In this document: piece after piece, positions 50,324 to 60,038 of the stretch
How the letters are laid out: each line of letters opens with the position of its first letter
Numbering within the stretch: position 1 is the stretch's first letter
Source: Planctomycetota bacterium
GTDB lineage: Bacteria > Planctomycetota > JAJSAM01 > JAJVHW01
NCBI GenBank assembly: GCA_965248445.1
Contig: CBDFJG010000001.1
Location: 590,058 to 654,057, forward strand
DNA length: 64,000 nucleotides
Direction of reading: 5' to 3'
Notes under the pieces: generated by a model
Database searches by the model: none
The model's input: only the letters and a program-made list of their open reading frames with translations
What the model was told of the DNA's origin: nothing
Made by a program: the position numbers and the translations under genes

Positions 50324-50455
50324 CCCGCCTACGCGCCCTCCGGGCGCTACGGCGGGCTACGGTCACGGGGTTCGCTCCGCAACCCCCGCGCCCTCGCTAT
50401 TCACGCGGCGAGTACGAGCGAGCCACCTCCGTAGCGGTCGGAGACCGCGTAGGAG
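50324..50455. repeat. Cluster of REP-like hairpins
   Basis: cccgcctacgcgccc-tcc-gggcgctacggcggg, ggggttcgctccgcaacccc and ctccgtagcggtc-gga-gaccgcgtaggag. Confidence 0.5.
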
Positions 50456-50516
50456 GGAGACACACTGACAAGGCGCGGCGCGGCGATCGCACAGCGATCG
50501 CAGTGACGCAACGCGG

Positions 50517-51764
50517 TCAGTACAGGATCCGCGCTCTGATGGTGCCTTCGATGGCTCGGAGAGGCGGGAGCACGGCGGCGGCCGGTGCGCGGTCCACGTC
50601 CAGGACGACGTACCCGACGTCGCCCATTGTCTGCAGGTGCTGGCCGAGGATGTTCACGCCCAGGCCGGCGATGACCTCGTTCACCCGAAGCAGTAGTCCC
50701 GGCTGGTTCCGGTGGATGTGCAGGACTCGGTGCCCGCCCTCGTGCGCGGCCAGGGAGAGGCGCGGGAAGTTCACCGCACCTGTCGTGTCGCCGCGATCGC
50801 TGTACGAGATCAGTTGCATCGCGACGTCGGCCGCGATCGCATGTTGCGCCTCGACCGTCGAGCCGCCGACGTGCGGCGTCAGGATCACGTTTTCCAGTCC
50901 GCGCAGCGGGCTCTCGAACGTCTCACCTGGGCTCTTCGGTTCCCGCGGGAACACGTCCACGGCGGCACCGGACAGATGTCCCTCGCGCAGCGCGCCGGCG
51001 AGCGCGTCCACGTCCACGACGGTGCCGCGGCTTGCGTTGACCAGGTACGCACCCTGCCGCATGCGCGCGATCTGGGCGCCGCCGATCAGTCCCTTCGTCT
51101 GCGCAGTCTCGGGAATGTGCAGCGTGACGAGATCGCTCCCGTCGAGCACGGCGTCGAGCGACGGGAGCGCCCGCGCATTACCGAGCGCGAGCTTCGGCAC
51201 GATGTCGTGGAACACGACCTGCATGCCGAGTGACTCCGCGAGCACCGAGACCTGCGATCCGATGTGCCCGTAACCAACGATCCCGAGGGTCTTGCCGCGC
51301 ACCTCGTGTGCGCCCACTGCGGTCTTGCGCCACTCGCCGCGATGCGCCGCGGCACTCTTGGCGTACACGCCGCGGAAGAGCATGACCGCCAACCCGGCGA
51401 CGAGCTCTGCAACGGACCGCGTGTTCGAGTGCGGCGCGTGGAAGACGGGGATCCCGATAGACGCCGAGTGCGCTAGGTCGACCTGGTTCGTGCCGATGCA
51501 GAAGCAGCCGATCGCCATGAGACCCGGCGCCGCGTCCAGCACGTCGCGCGTGAGTTGCGTGCGCGAGCGGAGTCCGACCATGCGGGCATCCGCGAGTGCG
51601 GCCACGAGTTCGTCCTGCGTGAGCGCTCCGGCCAGTCGCCTGACGTTCGTGTAGCCCGCGGAGTGCAGGATCTGCTCCGCACGCTCGTTGATGCCTTCGA
51701 GCAGTACGACCGGTATCTGGTCGCGTGCCCGCGAGAGTGTCGAACCGCCGTTCACCGCCGTCAT
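50517..51764 (-). CDS. serA: D-3-phosphoglycerate dehydrogenase with an ACT domain
   Basis: GLRSRT, GCFCIGTNQV, GYGHIG, NASRG and TPHVGGST.EAQ. Confidence 0.95.
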   Translation of the reverse strand: MTAVNGGSTLSRARDQIPVVLLEGINERAEQILHSAGYTNVRRLAGALTQDELVAALADARMVGLRSRTQLTRDVLDAAPGLMAIGCFCIGTNQVDLAHSASIGIPVFHAPHSNTRSVAELVAGLAVMLFRGVYAKSAAAHRGEWRKTAVGAHEVRGKTLGIVGYGHIGSQVSVLAESLGMQVVFHDIVPKLALGNARALPSLDAVLDGSDLVTLHIPETAQTKGLIGGAQIARMRQGAYLVNASRGTVVDVDALAGALREGHLSGAAVDVFPREPKSPGETFESPLRGLENVILTPHVGGSTVEAQHAIAADVAMQLISYSDRGDTTGAVNFPRLSLAAHEGGHRVLHIHRNQPGLLLRVNEVIAGLGVNILGQHLQTMGDVGYVVLDVDRAPAAAVLPPLRAIEGTIRARILY

Positions 51765-52423
51765 CAGACGAACAGGCTGTCCAGAAGAGCGCCGAGAGCC
51801 GCCATGTTCTCGACCGTGGCATCCGCTCGTGCCACGACCGGTGCGCGCCGCACGTGCTCGGTGTACGCGACGAAGCGATCTGCGAGACCGGCGTCCCTGA
51901 GGTCGGCGTCGGTGGCTCCGTCCCCCACGACGACCGCCGGACGCGGCAGCGGCGGGTCGATCGCGCGCACGCCGGCCACCTTCGACGTAGCGAATAGATC
52001 GCCGTCGTCGAACCCGGCGAACGCCCCTTCGTCGAGCCACCGCGGACACACCGCGTAGACGTCCTCGGGCGGGATCCCGATGCGCCCTGCCGCCTGCAAG
52101 GCAGCGTCGCGGAACGCGCCGCTCACGATCACGACGCGATGCCCTGCGGCCTGCGTGGCGACCACGACCTCCGCGGCCCCGTCCGTGACCCGACCGGCCA
52201 AGTCGTCCCCCACCTCGAGGACGTCCTGGCATCGGGGTCGCGCCACGGCGAGGCGCTGCTCGAGCGATGCCCGAAACGTCAGCCGTCCTGCCATGCCCTC
52301 GCGAGTGATCCGCTCGATCTCGGCGGACTCAGCCGGCGAGAGCGCCCGCGCACGTGCGAGAACCAGTTCCAGACTCTCACACGGGACCAGAGTGCTGTCG
52401 AAGTCGAGGATCAGGCAGCCCAC
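51764..52423 (-). CDS. serB: HAD-IB phosphoserine phosphatase
   Basis: DFDSTL, IVSG, K and GDGATD. Coupled to serA. Confidence 0.85.
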   Translation of the reverse strand: MGCLILDFDSTLVPCESLELVLARARALSPAESAEIERITREGMAGRLTFRASLEQRLAVARPRCQDVLEVGDDLAGRVTDGAAEVVVATQAAGHRVVIVSGAFRDAALQAAGRIGIPPEDVYAVCPRWLDEGAFAGFDDGDLFATSKVAGVRAIDPPLPRPAVVVGDGATDADLRDAGLADRFVAYTEHVRRAPVVARADATVENMAALGALLDSLFV

Positions 52424-53225
52424 TCGGATTGGGTACCACTCCCTTGAAGCGGCCCGTAGTTCCCTTCCGGGGCGGCTGATTCAGAGCGTCGAAGAGCGAC
52501 CCCGGACGGTTGCGTTCGGCGGCGACGTTGGCCGTGGCAAGCTGGCCCCGCAGTCGCTCGATCTCCGCGTCCTTGCGGATCAGGGCCGCGTCGTGCTCCA
52601 GCGTGCGCGCCCGGCGGCTCTCCTCCGCGTCGGCCAGGCGCCGTTCGAGGGACTCCATCTCGGTCACCACCTGCTGGAGCCCTCGGAACTCGGCGAGCGC
52701 GTCGGAGAGGTCGCCGATCAGTGACTCGCACCGCGCGAGTTCGACGTCCTTCTTGTGCAGGTCGGCGCGATGCCGGGCCTGCGTGTCGGTCAGCCAGGTA
52801 TCGCGGGCGCGCAGCCGGTCCTCGAGATCGTCGAGTTGTGCCACCCGGTCCTTGAGATCGCAGACCTCGAAGCGCCTCGCCGCCAGCTCGGCTTCGACCC
52901 TGCGGAACTCGTCGACCCCACGCAACTGCGCCTCACTCGCGTCTACGGATCTGTCATCGCCCCGGTTCGTATCGGTGACGTACTCGTCGTGGAGGTCCGC
53001 AACGGCCGTGAGCGCCTCCTCCTGGTAGGTCTCGATCTCCCCGTCCACGGCGGTCACGACGAGATCGGCGGTCACGTCGGCGTCCGAACGGTCGTCCGCG
53101 TCCACCGGAGGAGGAACCGGCACGGATGCGCCGGCGACCGAGCGTCGCAGCGCCCAGCCATTCAGAAAACCAAACACGGCAACGGCGATGACGCCGACGA
53201 TGAGCAGCAGATCAGAGACGGACAC
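52377..53225 (-). CDS. Membrane-anchored coiled-coil protein
   Basis: N-terminal TM helix and E/R/L-rich heptads. AGGAGG upstream. Confidence 0.65.
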   Translation of the reverse strand: MSVSDLLLIVGVIAVAVFGFLNGWALRRSVAGASVPVPPPVDADDRSDADVTADLVVTAVDGEIETYQEEALTAVADLHDEYVTDTNRGDDRSVDASEAQLRGVDEFRRVEAELAARRFEVCDLKDRVAQLDDLEDRLRARDTWLTDTQARHRADLHKKDVELARCESLIGDLSDALAEFRGLQQVVTEMESLERRLADAEESRRARTLEHDAALIRKDAEIERLRGQLATANVAAERNRPGSLFDALNQPPRKGTTGRFKGVVPNPSGLPDPRLRQHSGPV

Positions 53226-53455
53226 GGTTCAACCTCCTGCCACACTCGCCCCGGGCACCACGACAGCCCGAGAGTGGGCAGTGTGGGACGGGTCCAGGAG
53301 GGTGCAGCGCTTGATCATCTCGAGACGCGATATGAGTCGCAGACGGCGTGCCGAACGCGGTCAGGGGCGCCGATCCGCCGGATCGGAGCCGTCGTGACGG
53401 AGCCGCGGCGCAGCCACGTCGCGCGCCTGGATCACGTCCAATTGGCGGTGCCTAG

Positions 53456-55124
53456 CCGCATCTGTTCACGAGACGTCGCGATGACGGTGCTTTCGGAGTC
53501 CACAGGGTCAGATCTTGGCCAGGCGAGGGCGGATGCTGTCGTCGTTGCCACAAGGGCAACGCGAGTGAGCGGCCGAAACGGCGCGGATTCTGCGGTGTGG
53601 GCAGACCGTAGGCCGGGCGGTGGTGTGGCGGACGGCGCGGCGGGACGTCAGGTCGGCTTCGGGGATGCCAGCAGTCGTTGCGCGCAGCGCTCGAAGACGT
53701 GCTGCCAGGGCCACGACGAGGACATCGAGACCCAGATCCGGCGCGTCGTGATCCGCACGAGCGCGCCGATCTTGAGCAGCCGCAGGCGGATCGTGCCGGC
53801 TTGCGCACGCGCCATCTCGGTGCCGGCGAGACCGATGCGTCGCAGCGCACAGGTCAGGACGTAGGCCATGGCCGACATGGCCATCCGCACGGCGTTGCCC
53901 TGCATCGTGTGCACCGACAGACGGGTGCCGAAGAGCTCGAGCTGCTGCTCCTTGATGCGATTCTCCGCCTCGCCCCGGGCGCAGTAGAGCTGCTCGTAGA
54001 GACGCTTGCTGCTCCAGCTACGAGGCGGCAGATTGGTCACCACGAAGCGGGGATTGCGCTTGCCGCCCGGCAGGTGCTCGGCCTTGGCGACCACGCGACG
54101 CCTCTGGCTCCAGCTCCCCAGCGTGGTCCAGGCAAAGTCGCGAAAGACCCGGGCTGCTCGGCCGGTCTGCACGGCACGGGCTGCGGCCTCATCGAGCGCG
54201 TCTTCGACGTGTCGCTCAAGGCGCTCATTGCGCGCCATGCCCAGCAGGTAGAAGTGGCCGGCGGCCTCGCACCAGGCCATCAGCTCCTCGCGGCAAAAGC
54301 CCGAGTCTGCGCGCACGAGCACCTTGGCCCGGGGCCAGCGGCGCCGCAGACGTAAGACCAGCGCACGGAGCTCGTCCACGACTCCGCGCGCGGGATCTCT
54401 GTCAGCGGTCTGGAGCCGAGCGAGCAAGAGGTGCTCGCCGCAGAAGACGTACAGCGGCAGGTAGCAGTAGTGCCCGTAGTAGCCGTGGAAGAAGCGGCCC
54501 TCCTGCCGGCCGTGCAGCCGCACGTCGGAGTGGTCCAGGTCCAGCACGAGCAGGCCCGGATCCTCCGGCCCCATGGCCTCGCAGAAGACGTCGCTGAGCA
54601 CGCTGTCCACGCGCTCCTGGTCCATCTCGATCTTGGCGTAGCGCGTCTGTGCCGTGGCGCCGAGCTGCGTGGTCTCGAGCCGCGAGAGCGTCGGGTGCGT
54701 GGCCAGAGCACCCTCGCGCTTGCCGCACGCCGCGGCAAACAGCGGGTCCTTGCCGACATGGTCGTGGTCCACCAGATCCTCGTAGCCCGCGCACAGCCCG
54801 AAGACCCGCTGACGCAGCATCTGGCCGACCGTGTGCTCGACCCGACGCGGGTCCCGGTGGTCCCCGAAGCAGCGCGCAAACCGCGAGAGCAGATCGATGC
54901 GACGATCGACCCGCTCGAGCAGCAGCACGCCCCCGTCGCTCGTCACGGTACCGGCGTCGAAGCGCGTCACCGCGGTGCGTCCACAGATGCCCGCGAAGAG
55001 GGTCCCCTGCGGGCTACAGTCTGTCGTCATCGGGCCGGCGCTCCTGTCGGTGCAAGTACTAGCGAGTACGAGCACTTAGACAGACGACGGCCCGCTCAGA
55101 TTCCCGGCTGGTGAACGATTCGGG
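53456..55124 (-). mobile_element. IS1380-family insertion sequence (1669 bp)
   Basis: Imperfect terminal IRs CCCGAATCGTTCACCAG and CCGCATCTGTTCACGAG. Flanks are CTAG (53452-53455) and TTAG (55125-55128). Confidence 0.85.
53648..55030 (-). CDS. IS1380-family DDE transposase
   Basis: TSDGG, GYED..D, LDLD, HG.QE, Y..YCYLPL, RADSGF and Y..RG.AEN.IKE. Confidence 0.95.
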   Translation of the reverse strand: MTTDCSPQGTLFAGICGRTAVTRFDAGTVTSDGGVLLLERVDRRIDLLSRFARCFGDHRDPRRVEHTVGQMLRQRVFGLCAGYEDLVDHDHVGKDPLFAAACGKREGALATHPTLSRLETTQLGATAQTRYAKIEMDQERVDSVLSDVFCEAMGPEDPGLLVLDLDHSDVRLHGRQEGRFFHGYYGHYCYLPLYVFCGEHLLLARLQTADRDPARGVVDELRALVLRLRRRWPRAKVLVRADSGFCREELMAWCEAAGHFYLLGMARNERLERHVEDALDEAAARAVQTGRAARVFRDFAWTTLGSWSQRRRVVAKAEHLPGGKRNPRFVVTNLPPRSWSSKRLYEQLYCARGEAENRIKEQQLELFGTRLSVHTMQGNAVRMAMSAMAYVLTCALRRIGLAGTEMARAQAGTIRLRLLKIGALVRITTRRIWVSMSSSWPWQHVFERCAQRLLASPKPT

Positions 55125-55456
55125 TTAGCTCCACGTCCTGGATGTTGCGGGATACTTCTCTAACCCTTCGCAGGTGTGTGCGCGCGCGCAGTAGCAATCA
55201 AGAAGATCTCTTACGCGCGCTCGCACACGCTTACGCGCACACGCTTACGCGCGCACGCACATGCGGGCACGCACCTGCGGGGTAGCGCCAAAACTCCCCG
55301 CAATCCCCCGCAACAATCCGCAAGTCCTTGCAGTATAGGCACTTGCGTCGCGGGTAGTGCTCTGCGGCATCCCGCACGACTCTCCGCATCGCGGGCGCGA
55401 CATCCCGCACGTCCCGCCCACCGCCACTTCGCCGGCGTTCTCGGTAGGACACCAGT

Positions 55457-55822
55457 ATGGGCACCTGCGTTTCTGCCGGCGCGGCGGTGTGGGTCGCGAC
55501 CGACCTCGACATCATCGAATCCCGCCCCCCGTACGTCCTCGCAGACGACGTCGTGGTCAGCGGCGTGTGTTACCGGCGGCTCGATCCGCCGTACTACGCC
55601 TGGCTTCGCCGCAACGTGGCGCGAGCCAGAGAGCAGTTCGACGCGGGGCGCCTCCCGCAGGACCGGTTCGAGGAGATCCGGCGACGCTTCGCGCAGGTCC
55701 ACGCGCTCGCACTCCCCTTCCTCGGCGAAGACGCGCTTCGAGAAGCCGCGCGCACATTCGATTCCGCCAACTACGCGCCGCCGCGGATCGGCGTCGACGG
55801 GCTTCCTGTGTGGGATGGGTGA
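55457..55822 (+). CDS. Phage hypothetical protein
   Basis: Plausible reading frame (YRRLDPPYYAWLR). Coupled to the next ORF. Confidence 0.65.
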   Translation: MGTCVSAGAAVWVATDLDIIESRPPYVLADDVVVSGVCYRRLDPPYYAWLRRNVARAREQFDAGRLPQDRFEEIRRRFAQVHALALPFLGEDALREAARTFDSANYAPPRIGVDGLPVWDG

Positions 55823-56271
55823 GCAGGTCCTGGCCCTGCATCGCGTGGAACCGCGAGGCGCAGCACTGCCTCGCCGGGCTACTTCACGGCGTGGCCTGTT
55901 GTCCGCACGGGGACTGCGCGCTCTGCGAGGAACAGCAGGAACGCATGCGCCGGATGGGCTGCCCGGAGATCGCCGTCGCCCGCAGTTGGCTCCGCTCCCG
56001 TCTGCCGCTGATCGACGTGTGTCCGGTGTGCGGTTTCCCGCCGCCGCCACCCATGCAGATCATCCCTCCGCTTCCGCGCCTCGACCGCTCGGATCGCGTG
56101 CTGAGCGGATCGCCCTCGTGCAAGGTCTGCGGCTGCTTCATCCGGCCGCCCAAGCGCTTCTACTGCAGCGCCGAGTGCTGGCTCGAGCACCGCGCGCAGA
56201 CGGAGGGCTGGCGTGCCGGGGGTGTGCGCCGCTCGCCTCGGCACGCCCCACGCCACGCCCGCATGCGCTGA
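55819..56271 (+). CDS. Cys-rich phage hypothetical protein
   Basis: GTGA overlap. CALC, CPVC, CKVC and YCS.EC motifs. Confidence 0.5.
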   Translation: MSRSWPCIAWNREAQHCLAGLLHGVACCPHGDCALCEEQQERMRRMGCPEIAVARSWLRSRLPLIDVCPVCGFPPPPPMQIIPPLPRLDRSDRVLSGSPSCKVCGCFIRPPKRFYCSAECWLEHRAQTEGWRAGGVRRSPRHAPRHARMR

Positions 56272-56441
56272 CGCCGGGCCGAGTGGCACGACACTCCGTG
56301 CGGCCGCACTTTGGGGGCGTGCCACACCGACCTCCCCGCGGCTGCGCCCACACCGGTTGTCCTGCTCTCGTGCGGGGCGGGGCGCGCTGCCCTGAGCACG
56401 CGCACCGGCACCTGCGAGCGCGGCGGGCTGAGATCGACTCG

Positions 56442-56696
56442 ATGCGGCCCTCCGGCTCGAAGCGCTACCCGAGGTCGTGGAGTGGCAAGGGCGGCATCCG
56501 CGAATGGCACCTCAGGCGGCACCCGGCGTGCGAGGTCTGCGGCACCAACGAGCACCTCCAGGTCGATCACATCGACGGCAACCGGGAGAACCACGCACCG
56601 TCGAACCTCTGCACGCTCTGCCGCTCCTGCCATGGCCGCAAAACCGTGCGCGAGAACGGCGGGTTCGGTCGCAAGCGGCGAAGGGTCCTCCGATGA
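56442..56696 (+). CDS. Terminase-associated HNH endonuclease
   Basis: CEVC..VDHID....N....NL..LC.SCH..KT. Confidence 0.88.
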   Translation: MRPSGSKRYPRSWSGKGGIREWHLRRHPACEVCGTNEHLQVDHIDGNRENHAPSNLCTLCRSCHGRKTVRENGGFGRKRRRVLR

Positions 56697-57832
56697 CCCG
56701 CTACGCCGTCGCGCTGACCGACCTCGACCTGGCCTGGCGGACTCCGGCGGGCTCCGCCGTCCTGGAGGCGGCGCTCTGCGGGGACGACGAACCCGAGACC
56801 GTCAACGCCGAGCCGGGCGTCGAGGCGTCGGTGCTCGCCGGTCCCGAGGAGATCGCCGAGTCCGTCGCGAGCGGACTCCTCTCATTCGACCTGCCGATCT
56901 CGCCGCCGCGGTGCTCCCGCGTCTACGCGAAGGCCAAGGGCGAGCCCAAGTGGACGCGGCTCCGTCGAGCAGACGACGTTCCCTACGTTCTTCGCGAGGC
57001 AACCGCCGCCACCGGGTCGCCCCGCATCGACCCCGAACTCGTCGAACTCGGTGCGCCGATGGACGACGCCACGCGCGCGGCGCTGCGTGAGTCGCTCCGC
57101 ACCGAGGGCTGCCGCGACGCGCTGGTGGTGTGGCAGGAGCAGGACGTCCTGCTCGACGGCCACAACCGGCTGGCGATCTGTCGCGAGGACGGCATCGCGT
57201 TCCAGGTCACGAAGCTCTCCTTCCCCGACCGCGCGGCGGCGGTTGCGTGGTTCGTCACGGCGCAGCGGACCCGGCGCTCGCTCACGTCGCACTGGGCGAT
57301 GTACTACCTCGGGCGGCAGTACAGCGCGGAGAAGCGGGAGCACGGCCGGCGAGGGAAGACTGGTCAAAGTGACCAGTCTTCGGTGCGCCTCGCTTCCGCT
57401 GCTGGCGTCGGCGAGAAGACCGTCCGTCGCGCCGCCGCGTTCGCCGAGGCGGTGGATGCCCTGGAGCGCGCCGTCCCCCACGCGCGCCGCGCGGTGCTGA
57501 ACCGCCAGATCAAGCTCTCGCGCCAACAGATCGAGCAGGCGCTCGAACTCGGCGCAGAGACCCTCGCAGAACTCCGCGAGCTGACCGAGCCCGGCGAGCG
57601 CGACTACCTGGCCGAGGTGCTGCGCTCGGCCAAGAAGCTGCGTGACGCCATCGACGCCTACCGCGTTCGCGGCGTGCGTCCCGAGGATCGCGACCGCGTC
57701 GCGCAGTCCAAGCCCGCCGCTCGCGCCGCACTCCACGAGCTCCCGCTCCTCTTCGCCGCCTTCGGTTCCGACATCGGGCTCGCCGGGGAGGTGTCGGAAC
57801 TCGCCTCGGCCGAGGCCCTCTCCCATGGCTGA
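56693..57832 (+). CDS. ParB-N-like phage protein
   Basis: L.ESL..EG.RDALVVW..LLDGHNRL.IC and an HTH-like LA..AGVGEKTVRR. Confidence 0.75.
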   Translation: MTRYAVALTDLDLAWRTPAGSAVLEAALCGDDEPETVNAEPGVEASVLAGPEEIAESVASGLLSFDLPISPPRCSRVYAKAKGEPKWTRLRRADDVPYVLREATAATGSPRIDPELVELGAPMDDATRAALRESLRTEGCRDALVVWQEQDVLLDGHNRLAICREDGIAFQVTKLSFPDRAAAVAWFVTAQRTRRSLTSHWAMYYLGRQYSAEKREHGRRGKTGQSDQSSVRLASAAGVGEKTVRRAAAFAEAVDALERAVPHARRAVLNRQIKLSRQQIEQALELGAETLAELRELTEPGERDYLAEVLRSAKKLRDAIDAYRVRGVRPEDRDRVAQSKPAARAALHELPLLFAAFGSDIGLAGEVSELASAEALSHG

Positions 57833-59225
57833 CGAGGTGGCAGGGGAGGGGCGGGATCGAACGAGCCAGCCTCGGCCGAAAGGACCGGCGGGAAAATCTC
57901 GCGTGCGCGTCCGCGAAACAAGAGCAAGGGGGGATCCCCCCGATTCGGCGTCTGCCGAGACTCCGGGCTGGCGCTCTCGCATCGTCGGACGCGGCGACGT
58001 CTCGCCCGAGGAGATCACCGCGAACCCGAAGAACTGGCGCAAGCATCCGCCGGCGCAGCGTGACGCTCTCGGCGGGCTTCTCGACCAGGTCGGCTGGGTC
58101 CAGGACGTGGTCGTCAACCGCCGCACCGGACATCTGGTGGACGGTCACCTGCGCGTGGATCTCGCGCGGTCCCGGGGCGAGGCGACCGTGCCCGTCATCT
58201 ACGTGGACCTGTCCGAAGAGGAAGAGGCGCTGGTCCTCGCGTCCCTCGACCCGCTCGCTGCGATGGCGACGGCCGACCCGGAGAAGCTCTCGGGACTTCT
58301 CGGCGAGGCCGAAGCGAACGACGCCGCGCTGCGTTCCATGCTCACGAAGCTCGGCTCGCGCGCGGGCGCCGCGGCCCGCGGCAACTCGGACCCCGACGCC
58401 GTGCCCGAGCCGCCCGAGGAGCCAGTCACCCAGCCGGGAGACCTGTGGCTGCTCGGCGAGCACCGTCTGCTCTGCGGCAGTTCGCTGGACGAGGCAGACG
58501 TCGCGCGGCTGCTCGACGGCGCGACGCCGGGCCTCTTGGTCACCGACCCGCCCTACGGCGTCGAGCTCGACATGGAGTGGCGCGATCGCGCGGGCAAGAA
58601 CGCGCTCGGTCCCGCGCAGGCGTCCTACATGCAGCGCCGCGACGGGCACCAGAACACGACCATCTCCGGCGACACCAAGGCCGACTGGTCCGACGCGTTC
58701 GAGCTCGCGCCGAGCGTTCGCGTCGCCTACGTCTGGCACGCCTCGTCGTTCACTGTGGACGTCGGCCAGGGGCTGCGCCGCATCGGGCTCGAGCTCCGGC
58801 AGATGGTCATCTGGCGCAAGCCGCACTTCGTCCTGAGTCGGACCCACTACCACTACCAGACCGAGCCCTGCTGGTACGCCGTGCGCAAGGGCGAGTCGGC
58901 GCGGTGGATCGGCACCCGCGACCAGTCGAACCTGTGGGACGTCGCGTCTCCCAAGCAGCTCATGGCCGGGAGCAAGGAGGAGAAGTTCGACCACCCGACG
59001 CAGAAGCCGCTGCTCTGCATGGAGCGCCCCGTCGCGAACCACGACTTCCCCGAGGTCTACGAGCCCTTCTGCGGATCGGGCACCACGCTCATCGCATGCG
59101 AGCGGCAGCGCCGGCGGTGCTTCGCGATGGAGATCGACCCGAAGTACTGCGACGTGGTCGTGCGCCGGTGGGAGGCCTTCACCGGCAAGACCGCCGAGCG
59201 TGTCACTGCTGAGGTCGCGGCATGA
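57825..59225 (+). CDS. ParB-N-fused N4/N6 DNA methyltransferase (beta class)
   Basis: NP.N.R.H and DGHLR. TDPPYG precedes HPTQKP and PFCGSGTT. Confidence 0.92.
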   Translation: MADEVAGEGRDRTSQPRPKGPAGKSRVRVRETRARGDPPDSASAETPGWRSRIVGRGDVSPEEITANPKNWRKHPPAQRDALGGLLDQVGWVQDVVVNRRTGHLVDGHLRVDLARSRGEATVPVIYVDLSEEEEALVLASLDPLAAMATADPEKLSGLLGEAEANDAALRSMLTKLGSRAGAAARGNSDPDAVPEPPEEPVTQPGDLWLLGEHRLLCGSSLDEADVARLLDGATPGLLVTDPPYGVELDMEWRDRAGKNALGPAQASYMQRRDGHQNTTISGDTKADWSDAFELAPSVRVAYVWHASSFTVDVGQGLRRIGLELRQMVIWRKPHFVLSRTHYHYQTEPCWYAVRKGESARWIGTRDQSNLWDVASPKQLMAGSKEEKFDHPTQKPLLCMERPVANHDFPEVYEPFCGSGTTLIACERQRRRCFAMEIDPKYCDVVVRRWEAFTGKTAERVTAEVAA

Positions 59226-59548
59226 AGCGCGTCTTCGTCTGTTCGCCCCTCCGTGGTGACGTCGCCGCGAACGCGACGGTTGCTCGAGCAGCGTGCCGCG
59301 AGGTGGCACGCGCCGGGGATGCGCCGCTCGCGCCGCATCTGCTCTACCCGACGTTTCTCGACGACGGTGACGCAGCAGAACGCGCCCTCGGAATCGGCGC
59401 CGGACTCGCGTGGCTCGCGGTCGCCGACGAGGTCCTCGTCCTCGGACCACCCACCGACGGGATGGCAACGGAGATCGCAGCAGCTAAGGCGATCGGCATC
59501 CCGATCCGGTACGTGCGGCTCCCTCGACGAGAGGTGCGCTGTGGGTAG
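59222..59548 (+). CDS. Nucleoside-deoxyribosyltransferase-like phage protein
   Basis: VFVCSP.RGD, P.APHL.YP.FLDD...ER..G and GM..EI..A. Confidence 0.75.
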   Translation: MKRVFVCSPLRGDVAANATVARAACREVARAGDAPLAPHLLYPTFLDDGDAAERALGIGAGLAWLAVADEVLVLGPPTDGMATEIAAAKAIGIPIRYVRLPRREVRCG

Positions 59549-60038
59549 GTCGCGCGGACCAGGCGGCGGCCGCAAGCCCAAGCCGACGGCGCTCAAGGTG
59601 CTGGCCGGCAACCCCGGCAAGCGCAAGCTCAACGCCAAGGAGCCGAGGCCGAAGGCCGTGATCCCCAAGTGCCCGAAGGTGCTCCAGGGCGAGGCGCGCT
59701 CGGAGTGGCGGCGCATGGCCAAGAAGCTCCACGCCCTCGGGCTGCTGTCGGAGATCGACGGCGCCGCGCTCACGACGTACTGCCTCACATGGGCGCGGCT
59801 CGTGGACGCCGAGGAGAAGCTGCGCGAGCACGGCACGATCATCATGTCGCCGAACGGCTACCCGATGCAGTCGCCCTACCTCGCCATCGCGACCAAGGCG
59901 ACCGAGCAGCTCGTGCGGGTCCTGGTGGAGTTCGGGATGACGCCGTCCTCGCGCGCCCGCGTCCAGGTCCCGAACGCGCCGGGCGCCGCGGCGGACCCGG
60001 CCTTCGAGCGGTTCTTCGGCGCGTCCGGTGGGACGTAA
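59541..60038 (+). CDS. terS: Phage terminase small subunit, P27 family
   Basis: GRKPKPTALK.L.GNPGKR.LN and EFGMTPSSRAR. Confidence 0.93.
   Translation: MGRSRGPGGGRKPKPTALKVLAGNPGKRKLNAKEPRPKAVIPKCPKVLQGEARSEWRRMAKKLHALGLLSEIDGAALTTYCLTWARLVDAEEKLREHGTIIMSPNGYPMQSPYLAIATKATEQLVRVLVEFGMTPSSRARVQVPNAPGAAADPAFERFFGASGGT

Noticed and set aside
57825..59225. Restriction-modification system with the HNH
   Set aside because: The HNH is the small terminase-associated type, and orphan ParB-MTases are common in packaging regions.
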